From: Vitrella brassicaformis CCMP3155 | Lineage: Eukaryota; Protista; Chromerida | Direction of reading: 5' to 3' | DNA: 20,294 nt | Assembly: GCA_001179505.1 (NCBI GenBank) | Contig: CDMY01000785.1 | Span: 1 to 20,294, forward strand | Shown here: piece by piece, positions 10,219-20,294 of the stretch | Layout: the number at the start of each line of letters is the position of its first letter | Numbering within the stretch: the first letter of the stretch is position 1 | The notes under the pieces: generated by a model | Database searches by the model: none | The model's input: the letters and a program-made list of their open reading frames with translations, nothing else | What the model was told of the DNA's origin: nothing | Made by a program: the position numbers and the translations under genes

Positions 10219-10671
10219 AGTCACGAAAGCCTCAGATAGCCTCCGAAAGCCGCAGGCCAGCAGGTCCTTCGCGGGGTCGGTAAGGGGTCAACAAGACGTG
10301 GGAAGCCGAGGCAGGCTCCCACCGAGGTGCTTTGCACTGGGACTCGAACAAGCAAGGAGGCGCAGTAGCGCCGGGTGAAATTGGGTTCAGGGGAAGACGA
10401 AACAGGTATCGTCAGGTCCGTCACGATGAGACGGACGCAGTGGCGCCCTCAGGCGCGGGCGGCGATGCCGCAGAAAGGAGAAAACCCCTCTGGAGACTGG
10501 GGGCTGCGAGCTGATTCCCTTTCCCTGGGACGCCTGGGACGCCAAGCGAAAGCACTCATATATCTCAGCGCATCTCCTCACGCTGCAGCTGTCTGTACGC
10601 ATTTCTCTTGCTGAAGCGCGAGGTTGGCTGAGACCGAACTTTAAGGGTTACTATCCGCCTAACTCACAACC

Positions 10672-13261
10672 GTGGTGATGCCGTGTAAGGCACATCCTCG
10701 TTCGTGCACCTTGCACAGTGCGTATATTCTCTCTATTGCTACTGCTTTGTTGGGGCGTCCAGGCACGGCGATCAGAGATGAAGCAGTGTCTCGGATGAAC
10801 ACAGAACAGCTATTGTCCTCTCTGCGCGCGAATGGAATTGACCCTGGTGCAGCGCCCAAGATACGAAGCGAAGACAATGAGCCGCAACTTTGTGTGAGCC
10901 TTCAAGTCTTGAAGGAGACGACCCCCTATGTCTATGCGCATCCCCTGCCGAACGCCGTCCTCGTCTCGCCTTACACAACAATTGCCTTCAGGCCGAAGGA
11001 CAAGGTGGACAGAGACAGCATTGACGGCAAGATTAGCGTCCGGGGAGAAGAATCGGGCGAGCACTCAAATGGAAAGATGGACCTTCTTCAGGACGGCCGA
11101 ACGGTATGGTTCAGGCCTGACGAACCCTTCAAGCCCGGCGAGAAAGCCTACGTGAACGTGCGTTCGGGTATCACAACGCGCACTGGGAAAGCGCTGCCCG
11201 CGGCCCAGTGGAGCTTCACCATGTCATGGCGCAAAGAAGACACATATTCCATGGAACCCCGTAACTCTACAGGCAAATCTGTGTCGAGCCCGGAGGACCT
11301 GCAGCTTCTCAAGAAGATTGGAGATATGATGTGGATACCAGGTGGCAACTCTACGGTCATCCAAGAAGGCCCCGAGCATATAATGGGCAGTGAGGATTGC
11401 GAAGATGAAGGGAAGGGTGGCGGTGTTATTCATACGCCAAACTGTGCGTACAGGTAGGCGATGGTAGGCGATAGCATGTAGATGGTAGAGATGTCTTTAC
11501 CTGGATCGGTCATTTCGCGACTGGCCAGGACACTCCCTCACAGGTACCCACGAATGGAGGTGACATCTGGCGACCTGACGAGACTCTCCCACGGATATGT
11601 CTTTACCTCTTCTTGCAACCTCAACCTTTCCTCTCAATCCGACAAGTTCCATATGATCACGACCTCCCTTGGTGATCCAATTTTTTACGAACCATCACCA
11701 TCGAGGGCAAGTATGTATGTCTGTACGTTTTCCCCGACAAACAACCGGCGGCTAATCCTTCGGGAAGCAAACGGCACGGTCGTCATTGGAGGGGCCGATT
11801 ACTCGAATGCCGCCGCATTCACGGCAGATCATGGGGCCCGCTTGAATTATCATGACTTCCAGCTCTCAGCGCGATCTTACCGGAAGGGCACTGGCCTTGT
11901 TCTGATATATGACCCTCAACCAATTAACATTCACAAGACACGCGGGAAGCTTAAATTTGGGGAGTCATCGAGTATGACGTGGCTAACAGGATTCACTATT
12001 CAAGAAATCACGCCAGAAGGTTCGCAAGAGACAGGCAATTACTATGCTTTTTGCTCATTCATCACGCCTCCTTTCTTCCAGGTCAAGTGATACTGGAATG
12101 GCGAAGTTGGGACCACTTGCCTCGCATGCTCTGGGAGACCCCGTCAAATGTGAAAGACTATCATATTTACGGCCATGCCGATGAAGGCGTCAGTGGGTAC
12201 GTAGAGTCATTGTCCGCGTACATACAACGTACATACGCGTAACGTCATAACGTTCAATGCTTACCTCTTGGGCAGGCGCGTGTGGGATATTGCACATGCG
12301 AACGCATTGGACGAGATGGACGACGGGAGCATTCTCATATCGCTGCGATTCCTGCATCAATTGATCAAGATACACAGGGAGACAGGCGAAATTATATGGC
12401 GGCTCGGGGGCAGTGGTGGAAACTTCGGATAACGCCGGGGAGAAGGGTAGATGTCTCATTGTGATTGGTGGTTGCAGGATTATCGGTGATCCAAGGGGGC
12501 GTTTCACCGGACAACACGACGGGGAGATATTGGAGATAACAAGATCACTCTCTTTGACAATCACTATAGAAGAGCAGGGAAGAGGACGGCTCGCGCTGTG
12601 GACTATCAGCTCGAGCTTAACGCCACAGAGAAGGTTGCCCGTTTCGTGTCATCGTACGATACCGGCGTTAAATCGTATGAAACACGAATACTTGAGCTCA
12701 GAAACTCATTACTTCTCATATGTATTCCTGTGCCTGCTTGTCCTTCTCAGCTACGCAACCGGCGCATACAGGCGCCTGTCCAACGCCAATCGTGCGATTT
12801 CCCTGGGGTTTCAAATGAAATCAGGACTGCCTAGCGGGAATCCTTTCTACCTCGAAGTGACCGGTGAAGGAGATTTGGTGGTCAAGATGCAATTTGTGTC
12901 TCGAAATCTTTGGGCGTACCGGGCTCTTAAGGCCCCTTGGATCGGTACGCCTACGTGGCCTCCGACAGCCCTCCTCGACGCCAACAACCCGACCAGGACA
13001 CCGCGGCTTCATTTCAGCTGGAATGGTGCCACGGAGGTGAAGAAGTGGCGAATTATGACGGGGAAGAGTTGTGATGACAAGGAACTGACAACAGCTTTTG
13101 CAGAAGTCGACAAGACACAGTTTGAACACTGGGTGGATATCCCGGAGGGAACCCGCAAGTGTCGGTGCTATCAGGTTGCTGCTCTAGGTGAAAACGGAGA
13201 GGAAATGAACAGATCTAAAGTGGTGGCCACATCAGCCTGCTCGGGTGGACAGGTAGAGTGA
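10672..13261 (+). CDS. Arylsulfotransferase (ASST-like) with N-terminal Ig-like domain; multi-exon; possibly a pseudogene
   Basis: NYHDF, EWRSWDH, WDIAHAN, ISLR, IWRLGG, GQHD, LFDN, RLSNANRAISLG and SWNGATEV motifs. GT-AG introns at 11454-11528, 12020-12081, about 12197-12275 and about 12675-12750. Frameshift at about 12531. Confidence 0.85.
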
Positions 13262-14096
13262 GGCGTGAAAACATTTGAGCGCCTTGCACTCACCGTCGTC
13301 GTTGGTTTAAAAAAAAACAAAAAACATTTCCGATTTCATCACCCGAAAACGAAACCAGAGCGTGTCGAATTACTTTGTTTTGATGTTGCTTGTGCATGCG
13401 TCAACATTCCTTTTTCCTCATTCCACGCACAATGTCAAATTGATGGTTTCCGAAGATCTGATGGTCTGTCCATTGCCACGTTGCTACATCAGAAAACGTC
13501 GCAATATGAATTCGGGAAAGAAACACAGCACAAAGTTGTCTCCTGATTCACCGCTCATCTCTCCTGATTCGGCGGGGGAAGGACTCAGTCGTGTGGACGG
13601 CCCTGTCGCAGAATTGCTGCTCTCACCCACCACTGTGCCGCATTGGGGTAGCCGCATTGGGAGAGGCAAGCTGGCACAGTGGTGGAAGGTGACAGACAAG
13701 AGAACAGGCGTGTGATGTGAGAAATGTGCTGGCTGTGAATGCCTTCAGTGATTCAGTAAAACAGGACGAAGGCCGCCATGTTCTACATACATATGTATGC
13801 ATATACATCGGGGGGTTTTGAGCATCATTGACAATGATTTGTCTCTGTCTCACTGAGCTCCTTGCTTGTTTTCCTCATCTTGTCAACGAATGAAAATATT
13901 GTGGGTTGGAGAGTGGCATACACTTGGCATCAGAAAACTGCAAAACTGTGACCATGGTGGTGGTGGTTAAGGGTAAGATTGTCCGTGTGTCCATGCGCTG
14001 GGACGGTCGATTACATGTTCGCATCCAAACTATTGACAGCAACGATCAAAGCATTCGCTACCTACCCAGGCACGCCCACCTACCCACCCCTTGCAA

Positions 14097-14381
14097 TCAA
14101 CGAGGGTGGAAAGGCCCCCGCTCTAGCAGCAGCCCCTCAGCAAAACCCGCCCTCTCCTGCCCATTCCACCTGCTTGCCCGCCACGCCCTGCTCCGCACCA
14201 TGTGTGCGTTGCCCTTCTGCAGCAGCACAGTAAGTCGAGCTTACCACCTGTCCACTGCTGTCTCACGGAAGAACTCCACATCGCCCTCCTCCATATAGAC
14301 AGGTGGCCGCACATGCCGGGCCATACGGTTGAGGACGGCAGCCGCCTCGTCCCCCCACCGTCCATAGCTCTCCGCCGACAG
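14097..14381 (-). mobile_element. 5'-truncated 3' fragment of an RLE-type non-LTR retrotransposon
   Basis: LSAESYGRWGDEAAAVLNRMAR...DRW*ARLTVLLQKGNAHMVR matches the C-terminal ExxGxWG...QxGNA signature of CRE-like ORFs; one internal TAA. Confidence 0.75.
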
Positions 14382-14592
14382 ATGTATGCTAAGTGATATT
14401 GTGAGAAAGTGCGCCTGAAAACGAGGAGTAAGCATGAGGTGAATTCATGCTTTCGGCATGTACTCGGCGCGCCAGGCCCCACTTTGTCTGTCTTCCCCTC
14501 CCCCACAAGTCATCGACGGCTTTCCAACTGCAGTATTTGTGCCAGTGTACAACTGCCATATTGTCTTCTACCGAACATTGACCCATTGAAGC

Positions 14593-16525
14593 TTGCCTTT
14601 TGAAGCCCCCTCCCGCGTTCAAGGGGGAGGGGGCGACATTGCATGGTCCGCACAGACATCTGACTTCACAGGATGTGCCTTTACTGCAATCACCCATCAA
14701 AAACAGTCGATTCTTGGCTTCTGGACCAGTCCTACCGCTAATGACTCAGTCCTCTTCATCCGCTCTCCCCGGAGGTGCGAGCGGAATGCGTCCCTGCCCT
14801 GTGTGTTCCAAGTGACAGAGGAAGAGTACTGTGGTATAAACTAAGACACCGTCCGCATTTGTGGGAATGATGCTTTCTTTGCCGTCAGGACATAGCACTC
14901 GGCGAGTATGATCCCAAAACAGGTGCTTTCTGTGCCCGTCAGTGTGGGACCTGCACAGATGATGACGACTGTGCCGCCGGACCAGGAGGAAGCGACCAGT
15001 GCTGTCCTAAGCTGATCTTAAAAGATGAAATTGACTGTCGGCACACGAAGTGGGCACTGTGTGTCTCGACACCCGAATCTACTGAGATCCTGCGAGAGCA
15101 GTCCAGCCTCATCGTGGCTGAATACGAATGTACGCGCGTACACAAACCCGGCCCGGTGTTGTGCTACGGAAATGTGTAATGTGTACACGCAAGATGGACA
15201 TTACGCAACCACGGCAAGGAGTCTTCGACTGGGGAGACTGTGACGCCATCGCTCAAGTCGCTAACGACCTCGATCTTCGCTTCCGCCTGTATACACTAGT
15301 GTGGCATCGTGCGGTGGGTGTACGATGTACGCATGCATGACGATACTCATGCTATTCACGTGTATACAGATGCCCAGCTGGATGCTCAATCGGCCGCCAC
15401 GGAAACGGAGGGGCATCTTGTTAGACCACATAGAGAAGGGCATGGAGCACTTTCGTGATGACCCCACCCTTTGGTCCATCGACGTTGTCAATGAGGGTAT
15501 GCATACAGCCCGGTCCAGTCGCTTCCGCGTGGAACGTATACGTGTCATGTATGCAGTCCTTCCTGACGACCAGCCCATCCCGGAGCAGCCCAGGCTGAGA
15601 GAATCCTACTGGACCAAGACGGAAGGTGGTGACGACTGGCCAGCTCTCGCCTTCAGGTCTGAACTTATTTGTGCCGCGTTAATCACATGTGTTTTTCACA
15701 CAGGAAGGCCAAGCAGACAGTCGGCGACAGGAGGAATGTTCGGCTGCTCATCAATGACTATGGAATCAACTCGATGTCGCGACGAGGGGTGGGAATGCAC
15801 ACCGTCTAGGCAAGAGTGCCTAGTGTTGACGGACGCCTGTGTGTCTGTACGCAGGGGCGCCCGAAAGCTGCTGCCATGTACCATTATTGCCGGCAGCTGC
15901 ATGGAAAGGGGGTGCCCGTGGACGGTGTGGGTGTGCTGGCGCACATAAACATTGCGAAGCGCGACTTCCACGGTATGTAGTGCTTCACGCTATCATAGAA
16001 GTGCGCATGTCCCGACTCTATGCGAGTGTACGCATACAGGTGTGCGGAAACAGTTCAAGCGCTTGAGCGAGATCGGTCTGGAAGTTCAGATATCTGAGGT
16101 TGCCAATGAAAGGAGTCGTCTGTTGCTCCTTCAGCTTGACGTCTCTTGCGGTCACTGGCACGGCAGCCGATTCAAAGCATGCGATGGCATGAACGACCTC
16201 AGGGAGTTCATGCAGGTGGGCACAGACAGATGCAGGCAGGAACGGGCACTTGTGTATCTGTCCACGCTGAAGGTCGAGGCATACAAGGCCATGGTGCGCA
16301 TATGCATGGACGCGGTCAACTGCACAGGTGACGGATGGACACATGCACACGTTAAAGAAAAGAACCTTGGGTATGCATGTCCATCTATGCGTCGGCGTGT
16401 GGGGCGTCTCCGACGATGGGTCTTGGCTACATAGCGAGTCGCGCAATAAGACGCCACTCCTGTTCGACTCGCATTTGAAGAAGAAGCGGGCCTCTTATGG
16501 CGTCAAGGAAGCCATGCAGACGTGA
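14593..16525 (+). CDS. Glycoside hydrolase family 10 (xylanase-like), divergent, multi-exon; true start uncertain
   Basis: Exons give TLVWH, WSIDVVNE (acid/base Glu 15493-15495), LLINDY, GVPVDGVG, GLEVQISE/LDV (nucleophile Glu 16096-16098), VWGVSDDGSW, PLLFD, and TGA at 16523-16525. Canonical introns include 15314-15369, 15497-15556, 15657-15703, 15973-16039 and 16099-16134. Confidence 0.88.
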
Positions 16526-18206
16526 TCTGCGCTTGTATGATGTGAGCTTGGCTTGGATTGTTGCCAGCACTCCTCCTTGTGAGACCTCGTGAGACTATTT
16601 TTGCTTGTCTGGCGGGGGAGGCGCTGGCAAGCAAAAAGGAGGCGCCAACCAACGACACAACCAACGACACACGCGCCAGCCAGTGATAAAACCTAGGTGG
16701 GCGTTTACGACGAGGCGTTCAAGAGTTGTCAGGCAGCAAAAATGGATAAGAATGCATCTCAAGACACGTGTCTTGACGTGTGTCCAGAATCCTGCTGTGT
16801 CACATTTCTTTATTCTGCCCTGTTGCCTGTTTGATGTCGATCGCCGGTCGCTCATGTCCCCAAGACGTTTCAGTAGGGATATCAGAAACTGTGCTATGCC
16901 TTCTCGCGTCAACAAGACCTGCACACAAAGTGGCAGGGAAATGATGAAATCGAGACTGAGCCCCCTGTAACCATGCCAAGGTATTCACCGCCAATGCCAT
17001 CCCCCTCGACACTTGGTCCAATGGCCTGCTGGTCCACTGGATGTATCGTAACAACGGAGAGGTCATCCAAACAACGTGTGACCTGTTTCCTTAGGTGGGT
17101 TCGAAGAATTTTAGTGTCGGCCAGAAACAGACCGAATGTGTCGAACCTCTGGGGTGTGTGTGTGTGTGCGGACACTGTACAGAGGACGTTCAGCTGAGCC
17201 TCAGCTGGACTCGAGATATGAGGGTAAGCCGGGCCTTTCTTTTTCTTCCTCGCTGACGTCTTTCTGACAAGGCGAATCAGAAATAGCTGCAGTCGGTAGC
17301 GGCGAGGAGAGCATCGAAGGACTCTTATCTGATCATATAGTTAAGGTTAAGCAAGAGAAACGTCACATGCTTACCTGTGATGCGCAAATCCTGTACTTGG
17401 GCTGTTTATCCTGGGATGCGGCATATCTCATCGACATGCAGCCATGCCCATACAGCACTTGACACAATGTCGCGATCGAGCAACAGTATACCTCTCAACA
17501 TGATACACGGCATCGAGAGTACGCGGTAAGCTGCAGGGCATACGCGGTGTGCACGACCGCAGACGTGACCAAATGTGTCTCGTGTCACTCTTGGAAGGGG
17601 TGCACGTATCGCGAACGAGTGGGGTCCGTTCAGTACAGCATGTCTCCTCCACATAGACACATGTACATAGATGCATCCAGGGTGAGCAGTAGGATGAGTG
17701 TGGTGCTCTTTCCATCGATGCATTTAGGTCTTCTGTAATTTATTGTGTTTTGACCTAATACCAGCGGGAGCCGCTTGTGTGCTGTGAATTGCAAGATAAA
17801 ACACACACTCAAACAGGGCGGGTGGCTCGCAGGCAGGTGTGTGTACTCGCTTTACAGCCTCACTCTCCTCAGATGTCTTTCTCAGCAAAATGGTCCGGCA
17901 GGAGTCTGTGCAGAAGAGCCTGACTGTGATTAAGCCCAGTGATTTGCATTCGCGGCTTTATGACGAAGGCGAGTGCTGGAGCCCCCGACAGTCGGACAAC
18001 CATGATGCAAGGATACATATGTGATCTCCGTAGGTTTTTTCTCGATATGAATTGACGCAACACGCGGCCGAGGACAGACCCCGCCCTCTCATTGTGCAAA
18101 TGATTGAGGAGAACACTCCCCTTTCAGTCATATGGATATGTCTCACGCTTTCCGTGCTGTGTGCTCCCATTTGCCCTCTTGTCCAAACGGATAAAAAATA
18201 GACAAT

Positions 18207-19685
18207 TCATACAACTTGGATCATTGCGTCTGGGGTGTATATCTGGACATCTCCCTGTGCGTATCCCGGCCCTCCTCCGACAACGAAAATGTGTTGTAAT
18301 GGCGAACCTCCCACCCCTGCAGCTGCAGTCATTCACATCACCGCGCAGACTCCCACTGCTGAACGGTTCCCTCGGCAGTGTCAACAGGACTTACCAGTAG
18401 CTTTCGCCGCAATGGGCAAATCTTTCCCTCTGATCCATTTCCTTTTGTCACTTCCCCGAACGTTGTCACAATCTGCTGGCGCTATGCGACCCAGTAGACT
18501 GAAAGCATCTTCGCTGCCCTCCTCTATCAGTGCGGCGCGAAGTTTCTGAGACTCGCTTTTGCGTCTCCCGCAGAGACCGCTAGAAGCTAAGAACTCGACG
18601 GAGGTCAGCGGAGTACCATCGTACTCCCCTCCCACGGCCACAAGATACTTATCATCGATAACCGCAACTCCATGAGCTGCCCGCGGCTGATTCAGAGGCG
18701 GGGCCTCATACCAGCTCATCGTCCTGCGGTCGTAAAGATAAGTATCACCTTTCTCAAGATGACCCTCTCCCCACCCCCATCTGCCTGCCACTACCCAAAT
18801 AGTCTCGTCGAAGACGGCGGCAGCGATGTGCTCAAGGTGCACTGGTGGGCCATCCCTCTCACCCCACTCGTTGGTCGAAGGATCGAACACCATCATCGAA
18901 GGGATCGGGACGTCAGTGCTGAGGTCTTGCCGCACGCCGTCATCTTGCATGCCACCAATCACGTTAGATAAGGCCGTCAAGTGTGACCGCTGCTCCAGCC
19001 GCTCGTGTCTTGGGCATGTCTGGCAGGTCCATGATGGTGTCTGTCGTAATGTTATACAGCCAAGCGCTGGCAGTAGCATGGTCTCCCAGCTCCCCATCAA
19101 TTCCTTTATTATATATACAGTACACTGCAGCAATTTTCTCTCTGCAGAAAGTGTTGAGTCACCTCCAACGATGACAAAGGCGTCATCAGCCGGCGAGAGA
19201 TCAACACTTGCCATGACATGGTGTCGTGCTTCAGGGAGTGGAGACAGGTCAGTCCACTCGCTCGTTTCAGGATCGAAGACCCTGATCTGATCCATGGCCC
19301 GGCCTTCACTTCCGATGTATCCTGACCGATGAAAACCAAGAAATATAGTGCAGAAGGGATCCGCACAGCTCTCACCTCCGACAGCATATATTTTGCCCTG
19401 AGCCATCAATGCCGCATGATCCCAGTAGTACGGATACGGCATTGATGGCCCCTGTTGCCATGACCCGCCGGTGATATTGCACGGGACGGATGGGAGGGCC
19501 TTGAGGTGAACAGGCTCGGACAAGCCACTTATCTTGGCAGCCCAGGACTCGCAGATCAAGCCACGAGTCTGAGTCGGTTTCTTGCAAAACGCGAGGGGCG
19601 GCTCCAGCATACCAGGGGACCGCACCTGCTGAGGACCGCAGAGGAGGGGACAAACAAATATCCCCATGATGAGCAATGTTCCCAC
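18207..19685 (-). CDS. Kelch-repeat beta-propeller protein, probable signal peptide; multi-exon; frameshifted
   Basis: Repeats IYAVGG..VFDPETSEW, FVIVGG, VIGG..VFDPSTNEW, IWVVAG..LYD..W, LVAVGG and IFVVGG. Intron at 19104-19162. Last exon HIFVVGGGPGYAQGDVQIYTPDAMIQVV* ends at 18207. An extra base gives TAA at 18964-18966. Confidence 0.88.
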
Positions 19686-20294
19686 TTACCGATCAGGTTA
19701 ACAGCGAGAAGGGGTGTCATCTGATCATTATTGACCACCCCAACGGCTGTGCAACGGCTGGCAAGTTCCATCCAAGCTTCGCTCGCGTCAGAAATCCCTT
19801 TCATGCGTGCTTGCTTGGCTCTTGGCCACCTCGCTCTGCGTCCTTGTTCGGCTCTTGGCCAGTATGACACATAGATTTGGCTTCTGAGCTCCGGCCCTTT
19901 TTTCTCCTGAATACGACGGCTGCTCGGGCCAACCACCAGGATCAAATCCAGCTTGAGCAGCTCTGCAGAATGTTGATATGTGTGGCGCGAATGTCAGGTT
20001 TGCCAGCTTGGCAAGACGAACCACTGCGAGCTTGTGAGCTAGGGTAGATTGCTGTGTAACGGAGAGAGAGAGGAGAAGACAAGGAAAGACAAGGAAAGCA
20101 TTCTGAGGAGACACGATCTTATCAGCCATCACCGAAGTAAGATCTGTGTTGACCATCCTTCATGATGCCATACATGGACAGAAACAACTTTGACTGATTG
20201 GCCAGTCCATCGGTCTTATGAAAGTAAAAGCACTCTTACTCTGGGACTTACTGCCCAGCAGATCCTCTATTGAGCTAACTACAGGAAAGGTCCT

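Larger units (their letters stand above)
1..10313 (-). mobile_element. Non-LTR retrotransposon, RLE-type, CRE-clade-like; composite of five contigs; 3' end outside the window
   Basis: RT motifs SAAGPTG, RPIAVGDVLRR, LDCKNAFNSIDR, GTQQGDAAGPFLF, AFMDDI, RLGGFGL and post-RT RARLLSCQGP. Two copies of the 5' region diverge from each other at the same base (8279/10313). Visibly more GC-rich than the right half. Clade call rests on motif resemblance only. Confidence 0.9.
9146..10313 (-). repeat. Copy E: duplicate of the element 5' end
   Basis: Matches 7280-8279, retains the 172 nt (9472-9643) missing in copy D, and has its own 1-nt frameshift near 9740. Confidence 0.95.

Noticed and set aside
10321-10380. 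tRNA, U1 or U2 snRNA
   Set aside because: The B-box-like GTTCGAGTC lacks a paired T-stem and an A box; ttgcact alone is too short for an snRNA call.
10396-10436. Hammerhead ribozyme (GAAAC...GTC...GATGA on +; CTGACGA on -)
   Set aside because: The plus strand has ACGATGA rather than CTGANGA and no stem II; the minus strand has no downstream GAAA.
10230-10560. HDV-like ribozyme at the element 5' end
   Set aside because: L3-like (ttcccacgt) and J4/2-like (gcgaa) pieces exist, but I could not assemble a P1/P2 nested pseudoknot by eye.
13786-13799. 14-bp palindrome catacatatgtatg
   Set aside because: It lies in a low-complexity AT/ATGC tract and is expected by chance.
16595-17723. Possible minus-strand gene, including RSRHCVKC (DHHC/FYVE-like)
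   Set aside because: The motif lacks the rest of either domain and runs into a stop; no supportable gene model.
19788-20156. 122-aa minus-strand ORF
   Set aside because: No recognisable domain; it may be part of a gene extending past the window.

Overview
Eukaryotic scaffold with short (about 36-80 nt) GT-AG introns and four spacers of exactly 300 N. Bases 1-10313 hold a minus-strand non-LTR retrotransposon of the RLE type, CRE-like by RT motifs, assembled as five contigs, several of which are overlapping, slightly divergent copies. Aligning the copies gives one long ORF: RING-like finger, FYVE-like finger, OTU cysteine protease (Asp/Cys/His intact), Pro/Arg/Gly-rich linker, reverse transcriptase; the endonuclease would lie beyond base 1. 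The 5' UTR carries nine copies of an 11-bp motif. The candidate new system is this retroelement, which may encode both a ubiquitin ligase-like and a deubiquitinase-like domain. The right half holds an arylsulfotransferase-like gene (+), an orphan 3' fragment of an RLE retroelement (-), a divergent GH10 glycoside hydrolase (+) and a Kelch-repeat gene (-). Each host gene shows a frameshift or a non-canonical splice boundary. All domain calls are by motif recognition; no searches were run.
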